Positions 1 through 9,227 of a stretch of 64,000 nt of DNA are shown one piece after another. Numbering within the stretch: the first letter of the stretch is position 1; each line of letters begins with the position of its first letter. The notes beneath the pieces were generated by a model. That model saw only the letters and a program-made list of their open reading frames with translations, was not told where the DNA came from and did not search any database. A program made the position numbers and the translations under genes. Location: the sequence record NC_041973.1. One strand, given 5' to 3'.

Positions 1-1
1 G

Positions 2-382
2 ACATCCCGGCTGTTACTGAGTACCTTCTCGGAGATTGTGGAACGCGCTAAAGAGGAGGACATCTACCAGCGTGATCCTAACTCCCCGATTGCGGCAGAC
101 CGGGCCAGTGCGATGGCCTGCTCCTCCATCTTCAGTGGGTTGTATAACCTGGTTGTGGTGCCCGTCACCACCCTTGATCCGGTGTTCAACGATTTATTGA
201 TTACCGGTACTGAGCGGGAAGATGTTGAGGAAGGGGTCTTTGTGTCGTTTTATTTGGGTGAACAGCGTAATGATGTGGTTAGGCATTTTATACCCGACCG
301 GTCGTTACAGGCCTTTATCACCCAAACGCGTGCCTTCAGTGCTTACCTGCGACAGGCTGCGAATACAAAACCACCACAATGA
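2..382 (+). CDS. 5'-truncated hypothetical protein, probable paralog of 391..921 and 4468..5073
   Basis: Frame open from base 2 to TGA at 380-382; LLITGTERE..GVFVSF segment resembles neighbours. Confidence 0.65.
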   Translation, partial: TSRLLLSTFSEIVERAKEEDIYQRDPNSPIAADRASAMACSSIFSGLYNLVVVPVTTLDPVFNDLLITGTEREDVEEGVFVSFYLGEQRNDVVRHFIPDRSLQAFITQTRAFSAYLRQAANTKPPQ

Positions 383-390
383 GGTGACAC

Positions 391-921
391 ATGACCAATT
401 ATGGTTTTCTGCTGAACACAGTACTTCTGGCTTTTCTTATTTGGTTTGGTTACCGACTGCACACGTTGGTAAACAACAGCGAGAAAGCCACCCTCGCCGC
501 TGATCATAACGCCAAGCTGCGCTTCCTGACCTATGCAGCCCGGCAGATAATGAGTGACTTGTATACGTCGCTCAATCTTCCGACGCTCACCGGGTGTGCG
601 AAGATGTATCTACGCGATGACGGCAAGCTTGATAATATTGAAGTCATTATGCGACTCTTCATGAAAACCCATAATGAGATTATTACCAAGCTCTCCGAGG
701 GATTGGTGTCGGATCATTTGAAGATCACCGATGTTAAAGTTACCCATGATCTGGTGACCAACGAAGTGCTCATCACACTCTTGTATCCGAATAAAGTCAC
801 TGACATCCTGGTCTTCCATCATAACCACCTGGCGCAGGCGATCTACCAACTGGATCGATTGCAGCATCGGCTCTCAACGTTCCACAAAGCGGTGCCGAAC
901 CGCGACCTGTACCAACTCTAA
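391..921 (+). CDS. Hypothetical protein with N-terminal membrane anchor
   Basis: GAGGTG RBS; hydrophobic N-terminus; followed by terminator. Confidence 0.8.
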   Translation: MTNYGFLLNTVLLAFLIWFGYRLHTLVNNSEKATLAADHNAKLRFLTYAARQIMSDLYTSLNLPTLTGCAKMYLRDDGKLDNIEVIMRLFMKTHNEIITKLSEGLVSDHLKITDVKVTHDLVTNEVLITLLYPNKVTDILVFHHNHLAQAIYQLDRLQHRLSTFHKAVPNRDLYQL

Positions 922-924
922 ACC

Positions 925-953
925 AAGGGAGGGCTTCGGCTCTCCCTTATGCC
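925..953 (+). terminator. Intrinsic terminator with TTATGCC tail
   Basis: AAGGGAGGGC-TTCG-GCTCTCCCTT-ATGCC. Confidence 0.85.
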
Positions 954-1041
954 ATCCGTTCTTCTTTTTTGGTTATTACTATGAATTGCAAGATTCACCA
1001 CGTAGTTCGTTTCACTTATTAACCCCTAAAGAGGAATAGTC

Positions 1042-2964
1042 ATGACAGATAGCACTACAGCGCAGAGCCAGACCGTGACGTTAGACCAAGTCATCGCGTC
1101 AGGCGGCCAGATTGTCTTCCTGGACAATGGGCAACTGAAAAGCTTTCCTGTCTCTCAGATCACTGACTTACTGAAAAGCGGCATGTCTACTGACGTGTTG
1201 GGTCAGGCTGATTCTCTGAGTATGTTTGGTCAAGTGGAGTCGTTCGAGGCTCTACGTAAGCTTAAGCCACAGAAAGAAGGTGCACGCATCTCTCTTCGTG
1301 GCTGGAACAAAGGCAGTTGTCTGGGTGGCGGTGAGTTCATTGGTCATCTCGTCACCAAAGATCTTAAAGCCCGTCCAGATGATGGCGGTATGATTGCAGC
1401 CGGTAGCGGGTTCTTCTGGGAACGTGTGTGCTCAGATTGCGGGCAAATGAATGTCACTCACTTCGGTGCGCTTCCTGGCGCCACTGCAGCGACTGATTGC
1501 GTGCCAGCAATGACCGCCATGCTGAACTGGAGTAATGCCAACGCTGTTGGTTTAGGAATTCAATTCCCAGCCGGTACTTTCTTCGCTTCCAGTTTAAAGT
1601 TCACCAAAGAGATCGGGTATTTCCGTATCGCCGGTAACCACATCAACTTTGGTTATTTTGCTAACACGGTATTGGTGAGTGACGCTACTGAAAACTTTAT
1701 GTTGGATGTTGCGGCCCGTCGGGTTGAGTTGGCAAACATCATCTTCCGCGGTGTGAGTACTACTGAGAAGCCGAATAAGAAAGGGATCTTTAATAACATC
1801 GTCATTGGTGGTCAGTACTTCAACATGACCTGTGTGCGGTTTGAGAAAATCGGCGGGACCTGTGTTAATCTGATCGATACTCTCGATACCAAGATGACAC
1901 AATGGTACGCGTCACAATGTACTGGTGATGTGATCGTTAACAAATGGTCCGATCGTCAGGCAGGTGGCTGGAACCATACCACTGCTGTTGAAATGACCAA
2001 CTTTAACATCCAGAAGTGTGTTGGTGGTAAAGTGTTTGACATGCAGCGCTGCGCTCAGTCGTTTATCACTAATGGCTGGATCGAGCACTGTGATGATCCA
2101 GGCGACCTGTCTAATGGTCAATGGACGGTAAATGGCCTGAGTATCGAAGATTGTAAGAAACCATTAAAGGCCTCTTACGCTCGCTTTATTGAGATCCAGC
2201 GTAACCTGCAGTCCGGGTCACGAATCGACTACTCCATTGACCCAGAGCTCGAAGAGTGGCTGAGTGAATGGGAACGCGGTCGTCTGGATATCGCCAACCA
2301 CGGCATCTTCATCGACGGTACCTTAGAGCCGGGTACGATCATGTCTCGCAACAAGCTGAGCAACAGCAGCGACAAAGCGAAATGGTTCCGGGTCGGTACC
2401 TGGTACAGCCCATCTGAAGGCGACTCCATTGACATCAACCTGGTTGGTACTGGTAACTTCCTGTCGGTCGCACCAAAGCTTGATGATATCGATGGTGTGC
2501 GTCAAGGTGGCGGTAACACCCTGATCCGTGTGCAGTTGAAGAAAGACTCCGTAGGTGCGACCTTAGAACCACATGGTTCAAGTCCCCTGCAAGCGGCGAA
2601 GATTGCCAAAGTCGGTGCCGGTAAGTTTGTGATCTACGCCCAGCTGAAACCGTATACCCGTAATGTGATCCCGGTGATTGTTGCAACCGGTGCCACGCAC
2701 TACGAAGCCGGTGTCTCTTATTACTTCCGTCCGGCGATTGCCTCGATGAGTGATGAAGAGATCGCAGCAGTGCCGGATGCGGTGGTGATTGCTGAACAGT
2801 GGTCGCTCGGTCAACTGGCCGGTGTGGGCGCCACTAACGAAGGTAACCTGATGCTGAAGAGTAAGATCGTTAACGATCACTTGCAGGTACAGGTCATGGT
2901 TAGCCAAGCACAATGGGCGAAACCAGAACTTCGTTATATCGAGCTGAAGAAAGAAGCCAAGTAA
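1042..2964 (+). CDS. Tailspike/EPS depolymerase-like beta-helix protein (AmsF/WceF-like)
   Basis: GAGG RBS; VESFEALRKLKP..GGGEF..DDGG..WERV segment typical of tailspike/AmsF-like proteins; beta-rich Asn/Gly/Cys body; by recall only. Confidence 0.55.
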   Translation: MTDSTTAQSQTVTLDQVIASGGQIVFLDNGQLKSFPVSQITDLLKSGMSTDVLGQADSLSMFGQVESFEALRKLKPQKEGARISLRGWNKGSCLGGGEFIGHLVTKDLKARPDDGGMIAAGSGFFWERVCSDCGQMNVTHFGALPGATAATDCVPAMTAMLNWSNANAVGLGIQFPAGTFFASSLKFTKEIGYFRIAGNHINFGYFANTVLVSDATENFMLDVAARRVELANIIFRGVSTTEKPNKKGIFNNIVIGGQYFNMTCVRFEKIGGTCVNLIDTLDTKMTQWYASQCTGDVIVNKWSDRQAGGWNHTTAVEMTNFNIQKCVGGKVFDMQRCAQSFITNGWIEHCDDPGDLSNGQWTVNGLSIEDCKKPLKASYARFIEIQRNLQSGSRIDYSIDPELEEWLSEWERGRLDIANHGIFIDGTLEPGTIMSRNKLSNSSDKAKWFRVGTWYSPSEGDSIDINLVGTGNFLSVAPKLDDIDGVRQGGGNTLIRVQLKKDSVGATLEPHGSSPLQAAKIAKVGAGKFVIYAQLKPYTRNVIPVIVATGATHYEAGVSYYFRPAIASMSDEEIAAVPDAVVIAEQWSLGQLAGVGATNEGNLMLKSKIVNDHLQVQVMVSQAQWAKPELRYIELKKEAK

Positions 2965-2989
2965 GGCAAGCGCGTTATACCGCTAACTG

Positions 2990-3018
2990 GAGGAGGGGAT
3001 TCCCCTCCTCTTTATGCC
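2990..3018 (+). terminator. Intrinsic terminator with TTTATGCC tail
   Basis: GAGGAGGGG-ATT-CCCCTCCTC-TTTATGCC. Confidence 0.85.
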
Positions 3019-3036
3019 GCCCTAGATTTTACCAGA

Positions 3037-3054
3037 CCTATATTACCCTTGTGA
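3037..3054 (+). promoter_or_regulatory. Phage early promoter motif
   Basis: CCTATATTAC-cctt-GTGA; contains the phiKZ early consensus TATATTAC exactly; one of 9 copies. Confidence 0.75.
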
Positions 3055-3138
3055 TCTCTGTAGAAATAAACGGAATCACCCAGTCTTATAACCCGCTGAC
3101 CAAACCGAGTGTCGGCTAAACAAAGAAGAGGAAATACC

Positions 3139-3840
3139 ATGACTACCCGTAAGATTGCCCGCTTAGACAAACTCGCTAAATTTGTAAACGACAATTTTGA
3201 TCGCGATTACAACCTACCCTTTGCGATCGAGATCGAACAGCATGAAGATAAGTGGCACGGTGTTCGATACAGCCTCAACCTGACTCAGCCAGAGTGTGAC
3301 GGCAGTCCTGTAAAAACGTTATTCCGTTCGAAGATGTTACCGGCTGAATTCGTTGGTGATCGGTTTACACGGCTAGAAGGCAGTGTGGCCGGAATGGCAT
3401 CTGGGATTGAACTCCTGGGACAAGTTGCCTGGTACTGGATGTTATCAGGGGTAAACGGCAGTGATCGCGAATTGGGCGTGCAGGTAGCGTCGATGGCCTG
3501 GGATGCCTGGACACTGGCAACCGCCATATTTGATGGCTCTAAAGCCCGTGATCTCTTCGAGCGTGACGATTTCCTTTGCCCTGGCGTAACACTGAATCAG
3601 CACGTCCTGTGCGAAAAGTTTGTCAGCATTGACCGCGAAGTATGGCTAAAGCGTCGCACTAAACTGCTCGATAATGCGGTGGTTATTGAAAGTCGTTGGA
3701 CCTTCGTAAAACAATATATCGGGGCAGGCGGTCTGGGTCATGAAGAGAAACACACTGTCGCCGAGGTTACCAAACGCAGGCAAGCACCGGCGCCTTTTGA
3801 AATTATCTTTAAGGCCAAATCGTCTCCTTTTAATCCATGA
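3139..3840 (+). CDS. Hypothetical early protein
   Basis: GAGG RBS before ATG 3139; lies between promoter and terminator. Confidence 0.8.
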   Translation: MTTRKIARLDKLAKFVNDNFDRDYNLPFAIEIEQHEDKWHGVRYSLNLTQPECDGSPVKTLFRSKMLPAEFVGDRFTRLEGSVAGMASGIELLGQVAWYWMLSGVNGSDRELGVQVASMAWDAWTLATAIFDGSKARDLFERDDFLCPGVTLNQHVLCEKFVSIDREVWLKRRTKLLDNAVVIESRWTFVKQYIGAGGLGHEEKHTVAEVTKRRQAPAPFEIIFKAKSSPFNP

Positions 3841-3844
3841 GAAT

Positions 3845-3868
3845 GAGGAGGGGGTTTCGACCTCCTCC
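3845..3868 (+). terminator. Probable terminator hairpin
   Basis: GAGGAGG...CCTCCTC inverted repeat just after stop, then AT-rich tail. Confidence 0.6.
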
Positions 3869-3886
3869 ATTATTGCTATTTTAAGT

Positions 3887-3920
3887 TGCAGAAAATCTAA
3901 CGCCTACATTACTAATGGGA
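3887..3920 (+). promoter_or_regulatory. Phage early promoter motif with upstream element
   Basis: TGCAGAAAATCT-N4-CCTACATTAC-taat-GGGA; same upstream 12-mer and spacing at 41654. Confidence 0.75.
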
Positions 3921-3957
3921 TAGGCCTGATCAACAATTCTAATTAAGGGAATTTGTA

Positions 3958-4428
3958 ATGAGTGAAATCACGTTTAAAGACGCGCGGTATTATGACCTGA
4001 TTACCAAAGAACAATTGCAACCTGGACACACCATCCTGCTGAGCCTCAAAGGTCAACCAGCGGGTGTCATGACCCCAGCAGTACAGTGGGCTAAAGACAA
4101 CCTGGAAAACACGGTCGTGGTGTACGGCACGGTTGACGATCTGCAATCAATCCGTAAAGAGATCAGTACTTGCGATCAACCGGTAGCTGTGGTCCTTACC
4201 GGCGGCTACCACGCAACGTATGAACTTACTCACTGGGCACGGGAAAACAACGTAGTGGTGTTCCTGGCTTCAGATACCAATGCACCGCGTCCACGTTATG
4301 CGATACTGCTCGGTACCTGTCTGATCCAGCTGACTTATGATCATACTGGTCGAGTGAGTTCTGCTACCGCCATCCGTAATCAAGCAACCGCATCAGGCTG
4401 GGTGATCGACTTCACCGCTGACGCATAA
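3958..4428 (+). CDS. Hypothetical protein
   Basis: AAGGGA RBS, 156-aa ORF after promoter. Confidence 0.75.
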   Translation: MSEITFKDARYYDLITKEQLQPGHTILLSLKGQPAGVMTPAVQWAKDNLENTVVVYGTVDDLQSIRKEISTCDQPVAVVLTGGYHATYELTHWARENNVVVFLASDTNAPRPRYAILLGTCLIQLTYDHTGRVSSATAIRNQATASGWVIDFTADA

Positions 4429-4467
4429 TCCTTTATTCATCCAATTAATTTAACCTGAGGTAATATC

Positions 4468-5073
4468 ATGCAACTTCATCAATACGTCGCCCTCTTACTC
4501 GGTGTGGGTTTAATCACGATCATTCTCGTTATGCTGGTCGGCTGGCTCGTGCTTGAGAACCAACGCAAATACGCTGCATTCCAACGGGTGCGTTACGAAA
4601 ATATGCTGCGCTATCGCCTGACCGATTTCAGCAACCAGGTGACAGCAGATCTCTCGGCCATGTTCCTGCGCTATTTACTCTCCCCGCGGGTTGGTGGTAC
4701 TGAGCGGGTGAGTGTAGAGGCAATAGCCGGTACCGTCCAGGGTATGCTGCAAGCGATCGCTGCTCACCACAACCATGAGTTTAAAAGCTCAGAGGTCGGT
4801 GATACGTTACTGGGTCTGTTGATTAAAGAGGTCTCTTATGAAACACAGAGCGACCGCATCATCTTTACCTTGACACGTCCAGGTGCCACGAACCTCACTT
4901 ATACCCTGACACACCCCGAAGCGTACGGTTCGATGCTCTGCTGTGAGCTGGAAGACTATCGCATGCGTCTGCGTGACCGCGCAACCCTGCAGATCAAGCG
5001 TGAGCTCGATCAGGCACCGCAAACGTATAAAGCCGCCTTCCCTAACTCGGAGCGGATTAATACCACTGCGTAA
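4468..5073 (+). CDS. Hypothetical membrane-anchored protein
   Basis: GAGGT RBS; N-terminal TM helix; weak similarity to 391..921. Confidence 0.8.
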   Translation: MQLHQYVALLLGVGLITIILVMLVGWLVLENQRKYAAFQRVRYENMLRYRLTDFSNQVTADLSAMFLRYLLSPRVGGTERVSVEAIAGTVQGMLQAIAAHHNHEFKSSEVGDTLLGLLIKEVSYETQSDRIIFTLTRPGATNLTYTLTHPEAYGSMLCCELEDYRMRLRDRATLQIKRELDQAPQTYKAAFPNSERINTTA

Positions 5074-5078
5074 TAAAT

Positions 5079-5105
5079 GGGAGGCTTTGCCTCCCTTTAT
5101 TTTTT
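5079..5105 (+). terminator. Intrinsic terminator
   Basis: GGGAGG-CTTTG-CCTCCC-TTTATTTTTT. Confidence 0.8.
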
Positions 5106-5172
5106 GTCATTGTAGTAAATGTGTACAACTTAACTAAATCATTTAGTAAACGTAAAAAGGAAAGTCAACATC

Positions 5173-5469
5173 ATGTCAAACGAAGCCATTCTGAAAGCCC
5201 TGGAAACCATTGCCACTACATACCCAAAAGTTGAGGTGGTGTCGATTGGTGGGATTATCGCCTGCTTCGGCACGATGAAAGATGGAAAGGTAGAAACCAC
5301 GGTGTTTGGCAATCTGCCCGAGTTCACTGTCGCCAATGTGAAGAAGCTTTACAACGCGAAGTGGTCACAACGTCAATTGGGTTATATGTACGGTACATCA
5401 CAGGCCCAGATCGCTAACTTCATGAAGAACCGTGAGGTTAACGTTCCCAATACGGTAAAAGGTTATTAG
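5173..5469 (+). CDS. Small protein with C-terminal helix-turn-helix
   Basis: WSQRQLGYMYGTSQAQIANFM fits an Xre/Cro-like HTH pattern. Confidence 0.65.
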   Translation: MSNEAILKALETIATTYPKVEVVSIGGIIACFGTMKDGKVETTVFGNLPEFTVANVKKLYNAKWSQRQLGYMYGTSQAQIANFMKNREVNVPNTVKGY

Positions 5470-5470
5470 C

Positions 5471-5761
5471 ATGAAATGGTACGAACGACTGGTCGAGAGC
5501 ACGGTGCTGCGGTTTATGGCAACCTTCCTCTTAGCCTGCTTGTGGTCCCTGCTCCTTTTAAGCCAATGCTCGTTAGCGCTCGATCTCACCTTAAGCGTGA
5601 TCTCTCTGGTGATCGTGTATAACCTGCGGGATTTCTTAAAGGACTTGCACCACGGTGTTTCAACCCGTCATGACTTTGCAGGGTGGTTTGTGCTGAACGC
5701 TGCTGGCATGGCACTGCTCTCGGCAATCATTAACGCCCTGTTCATCTTACATAGACTCTAG
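5471..5761 (+). CDS. Small multi-pass membrane protein
   Basis: Three hydrophobic segments; abuts previous stop. Confidence 0.7.
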   Translation: MKWYERLVESTVLRFMATFLLACLWSLLLLSQCSLALDLTLSVISLVIVYNLRDFLKDLHHGVSTRHDFAGWFVLNAAGMALLSAIINALFILHRL

Positions 5762-5769
5762 GAGCTCTC

Positions 5770-6351
5770 ATGTCAAAGAAACTCGATACCCGTAAAAGTA
5801 TGTTCCTGGCCTTGGTGTTACGCCACCGTCCCGAAGAGATCGGAATTACCCTGGATGAGAACGGCTGGGCCAAAGTCAGCGAAGTGATCACCGGGTTTAC
5901 CTTTACCGGGCGTGGGCTCTCATTACCTGAGCTTGAGATCATCGTTGAGACGGATGAGAAGAAGCGTTACCAGCTCTCTGACGATAAGTGCTATATCCGG
6001 GCCGTGCAGGGGCATTCTCACGAGAGCGTGATGAACATGCAGCTGGAAGTGGCGACACCGCCAAAGTACTTGTATCACGGCACCCAACAGATCTCCTGTG
6101 AATCGATCGAGCGACAAGGGATCTTGCGCCTTAAACGTTTATATGTCCACCTAACGGATGACATCGAAGCGGCTTGGCGCGCAGCAACTCGTAAACGAAC
6201 AGCCGGTGCAGTCTACCGAATCGACACCGAGAAGATGACGCGGATGGGCCATGTGTTCTATCGCGCTGAGAACGGGGTCTGGCTGGCGAAGCGCATTCCT
6301 TTCTCAGTCATTGAGATGGTTGATGCACATGACGAAGAAACAAGTACCTGA
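5770..6351 (+). CDS. kptA: RNA 2'-phosphotransferase (KptA/Tpt1 family)
   Basis: LRHRPEEIGITLDENGW, RAVQGHS, LYHGT, VHLT and ENGVWL motifs. Confidence 0.92.
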   Translation: MSKKLDTRKSMFLALVLRHRPEEIGITLDENGWAKVSEVITGFTFTGRGLSLPELEIIVETDEKKRYQLSDDKCYIRAVQGHSHESVMNMQLEVATPPKYLYHGTQQISCESIERQGILRLKRLYVHLTDDIEAAWRAATRKRTAGAVYRIDTEKMTRMGHVFYRAENGVWLAKRIPFSVIEMVDAHDEETST

Positions 6352-6613
6352 GTGGTGGCACGTCCCCATGTTACCCATTGGGTTCATGATGATTTGGGTA
6401 GGATATGTAATAGGTGGGCAGTTCCTCAGTTTCTGGGGGTGTATCTGTGTCACGTTGATTTGTGGTGGGGTTTCGTACCAGCACTGCATGCGCTCAACCA
6501 AGTATCGCAAAAATTCCGTAAGCTGGTTTATCTGTTGGAATGCTTACGGTATCATCGCGTGTTTGGGTATTGGGTTTATGGTAGCGGCAATTTATCTAGG
6601 CGGAGTCAAATAA
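6329..6613 (+). CDS. Small membrane protein
   Basis: Three hydrophobic segments; start (6323 or 6329) overlaps kptA end. Confidence 0.65.
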   Translation: MTKKQVPEWWHVPMLPIGFMMIWVGYVIGGQFLSFWGCICVTLICGGVSYQHCMRSTKYRKNSVSWFICWNAYGIIACLGIGFMVAAIYLGGVK

Positions 6614-6886
6614 GTGAAAAGTAAAACAGGCAGTAAGTTAACACGCACGTTGTTGTTTTGTTTTGGTGCTTACATCACGGGGATGTTTGCCTTGATGATG
6701 ATCCTGTCATCACAAAGCACTGCAGGCATCACTGCAGGGAACTATGACAAAATGAGCGTGGATGACTCGCCTGAGTTTATTTTAACAGATCGCAGTAATG
6801 GATGTAGATACGTCTATGACTCGGTTACCAAAACAGCCCACACTGCAACAGGCTTCGATTACTGCCTGTCGCTAAGGAAAGAATAA
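6614..6886 (+). CDS. Small exported/membrane protein
   Basis: N-terminal hydrophobic helix; abuts previous stop. Confidence 0.6.
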   Translation: MKSKTGSKLTRTLLFCFGAYITGMFALMMILSSQSTAGITAGNYDKMSVDDSPEFILTDRSNGCRYVYDSVTKTAHTATGFDYCLSLRKE

Positions 6887-6958
6887 TGGTTCGTGCTTAT
6901 CGACACTCTGAGCTGCTACGATGGCCGCATCCCGCGGCCTGCACCCGGAGTTCGTTCT

Positions 6959-7186
6959 ATGTCTATTGCAGTCAACCGTCATCACGCTAAACGTTTAAAG
7001 GCCAAACGTAAACATTACTGGAACGTCGGCGGGAAACGCCAGAACAACAAGGCGGTGGGAATTATCTTCCATACCCCGTGCAAATGCAGCTGCACTATGT
7101 GCGGTAACCAACGCAAGCATTGGGGTCGCCCGATCCAGGAAGTGAAACAAGCGGCCCGTTTTAGTGATACGGTCACTGACATTTAA
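6959..7186 (+). CDS. Small basic Cys-motif protein
   Basis: GGAG RBS before ATG 6959; HTPCKCSCTMCGNQRK motif. Confidence 0.7.
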   Translation: MSIAVNRHHAKRLKAKRKHYWNVGGKRQNNKAVGIIFHTPCKCSCTMCGNQRKHWGRPIQEVKQAARFSDTVTDI

Positions 7187-7192
7187 CCATGC

Positions 7193-7220
7193 AAGGGGGG
7201 TTGTTGGCTCCCCTTCTTTA
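7193..7220 (+). terminator. Intrinsic terminator
   Basis: AAGGGGGG-N7-CTCCCCTT-CTTTA. Confidence 0.7.
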
Positions 7221-7234
7221 TTTGAGGAATCCGC

Positions 7235-7600
7235 ATGAAACGCGGCTACCCATCAGGCCAACCGATTGAAGTCGAAGTCGGTGGAGTCATGTACCAATTT
7301 AACCCCCTTGAAAACATGCTGGCTGATCTGCGTGCCAATAAGTTGATCATCGTGTGTTGTAGTAATAAGAAGCGCGCCATTACCGATATCTGGATGTGCG
7401 ATGCCGAGATCGACTACTCGACGCAGTCACGCATGGAACACATCCTGGTCAGTGATCGTTGCAAGCAGTTCACCAAAGACTACGCCTTAACGCGAGTAGT
7501 GGATGTTGATAGCCGGTCATTGACGATAGCCGGTCCAGATAAAAAGATGCTGTCGATGGTGATTATGGGGGATACCCTCTACGCCGTTAAGCCAAGTTAA
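7235..7600 (+). CDS. Hypothetical protein
   Basis: GAGGA RBS, 121 aa. Confidence 0.75.
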   Translation: MKRGYPSGQPIEVEVGGVMYQFNPLENMLADLRANKLIIVCCSNKKRAITDIWMCDAEIDYSTQSRMEHILVSDRCKQFTKDYALTRVVDVDSRSLTIAGPDKKMLSMVIMGDTLYAVKPS

Positions 7601-7623
7601 CAGAACAGCGGTTGGGTGCCTCT

Positions 7624-7725
7624 ATGAACAATGTTTGGCTTTTAGTAATGGCCCTTATTTATACAGCAGGGCTTATTGCCGCATGTGTGGTTGCACGCAT
7701 GGCAGTCTTTCATCATGTGATCTAA
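7624..7725 (+). CDS. 33-aa hydrophobic peptide (not in ORF track)
   Basis: MNNVWLLVMALIYTAGLIAACVVARMAVFHHVI fills the gap between two genes; weak RBS. Confidence 0.5.
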   Translation: MNNVWLLVMALIYTAGLIAACVVARMAVFHHVI

Positions 7726-7734
7726 AGGGCAATT

Positions 7735-8013
7735 ATGAGTAAAGGTACTTTGAAAGGCCTTGGTGTGGTGTTGGCGTGTCTTGTGATTGGCGTATTGCTG
7801 TTTGTTTTTGCAACCGCTGTTCAAGCTGCCGATACACCCGTTAACCCCCACTGTGTTGCCATTACTAACGACAGTACAATTACCACCCAGTGTGACGACG
7901 GTACCGTGGTCATTACCAACACCGCAACCTCGACGGTGATGGTGTGTCATGTAAGTAAAGAAACAAAAGGTCTTCCGCAATGCGTGAAAGACCGGGTTGT
8001 CATTTCTAATTAA
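7735..8013 (+). CDS. Small secreted Cys-containing protein
   Basis: Signal peptide ending AVQA-A; four Cys in mature part. Confidence 0.7.
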   Translation: MSKGTLKGLGVVLACLVIGVLLFVFATAVQAADTPVNPHCVAITNDSTITTQCDDGTVVITNTATSTVMVCHVSKETKGLPQCVKDRVVISN

Positions 8014-8036
8014 CGTTATTCTTCGGAGCTACACAC

Positions 8037-9170
8037 ATGCAGTACAGTACCTTTAATACCACTAAAAACGATCAGATGGCTGAACCGATGTTCCTGGGTC
8101 AGTCGGTTAACGTCTCACGTTATGATCAGCAGAAGTACCCCGCGTTCGAAAAGCTGATTGAGAAACAACTTTCATTCTTCTGGCGCCCTGAAGAGGTGGA
8201 TGTTTCGCAAGACCGTATCGACTTCCAGGGGTTACCGGATCATGAGAAACACATCTTCGTGTCTAACCTGAAATACCAAACCCTGCTGGACTCGATTCAG
8301 GGTCGTAGTCCGAACGTGGCCCTGCTGCCGATCTGTTCTATCCCGGAACTCGAAACCTGGATTGAAACCTGGGCGTTCTCTGAAACGATCCACTCGCGCT
8401 CATACACCCACATCATCCGTAATATCTTTACTGACCCCTCCATCGTGTTTGATGACATCGTGACCAACGAACACATCAAAGCGCGTGCTGAGTCCGTCAC
8501 GGAGTATTACGACCAGCTGATTGAAATGACCATGTACCTCAACTTACTGGGTGAAGGTACTCATGTAATCAATGGTAAGAAAGTCGTGGTGTCGATGCGT
8601 GCTATCAAGCGTCTGGTCTACCTGTGCATCGTGTCAGTCAACGTGCTGGAAGCCATCCGCTTCTATGTCTCCTTTGCCTGCTCGTTTGCCTTTGCTGAAC
8701 GCGAGCTGATGGAAGGCAACGCCAAGATCATTAAACTGATCGCCCGTGATGAAGCCCTGCATCTGACCGGCACCCAGCACATGATCATGTTAATGAAGTC
8801 CGGTGCTGACGATGCTGAGATGGCGGAAATCGTTAAAGAGTGTGAAGCAGAAACATACGCACTCTTTAAGGACGCTGCAGAGCAGGAGAAAGACTGGGCG
8901 AACTATCTGTTCCAGGATGGGTCGATGATCGGTCTGAACAAAGAGATCGTGTGTCAGTACATCGAATACATCACCAACATCCGTATTCGCGCCATCGGTT
9001 ACGATGACATCTACGCCGGTGTCAAAGCTAACCCTATCCCGTGGATCAACTCCTGGCTGGTTTCTGACAACGTGCAACAAGCCCCTCAAGAGTCAGAGAT
9101 TACCTCGTATTTAGTAGGTCAGATCGACTCAACTGTCGATGCAGATGCGTTTGATAACTTCGAACTTTAA
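8037..9170 (+). CDS. nrdB: Ribonucleotide reductase class Ia beta subunit
   Basis: [48 protein letters not shown]-terminal SYLVGQIDS; closely resembles enterobacterial NrdB. Confidence 0.98.
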   Translation: MQYSTFNTTKNDQMAEPMFLGQSVNVSRYDQQKYPAFEKLIEKQLSFFWRPEEVDVSQDRIDFQGLPDHEKHIFVSNLKYQTLLDSIQGRSPNVALLPICSIPELETWIETWAFSETIHSRSYTHIIRNIFTDPSIVFDDIVTNEHIKARAESVTEYYDQLIEMTMYLNLLGEGTHVINGKKVVVSMRAIKRLVYLCIVSVNVLEAIRFYVSFACSFAFAERELMEGNAKIIKLIARDEALHLTGTQHMIMLMKSGADDAEMAEIVKECEAETYALFKDAAEQEKDWANYLFQDGSMIGLNKEIVCQYIEYITNIRIRAIGYDDIYAGVKANPIPWINSWLVSDNVQQAPQESEITSYLVGQIDSTVDADAFDNFEL

Positions 9171-9219
9171 TACGTGATCAGCTTCACTCACGTAGAGGGC
9201 TGATCGCTAGCCCTTTATG
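9171..9219 (+). terminator. Two hairpins between nrdB and HNH; second is terminator-like
   Basis: TACGTGA/TCACGTA (9171-9194) and AGGGCT/AGCCCT (9196-9214) followed by TTATG. Confidence 0.6.
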
Positions 9220-9227
9220 GAGAGTGT

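Noticed and set aside
5103-5130. Host sigma70 promoter TTGTCA...TACAAC
   Set aside because: Spacer is only 14 nt and there is no extended -10
6886-6990. 34-aa ORF starting at a TAATG overlap
   Set aside because: Overlaps the better-supported ORF from 6959, with no coding-like features
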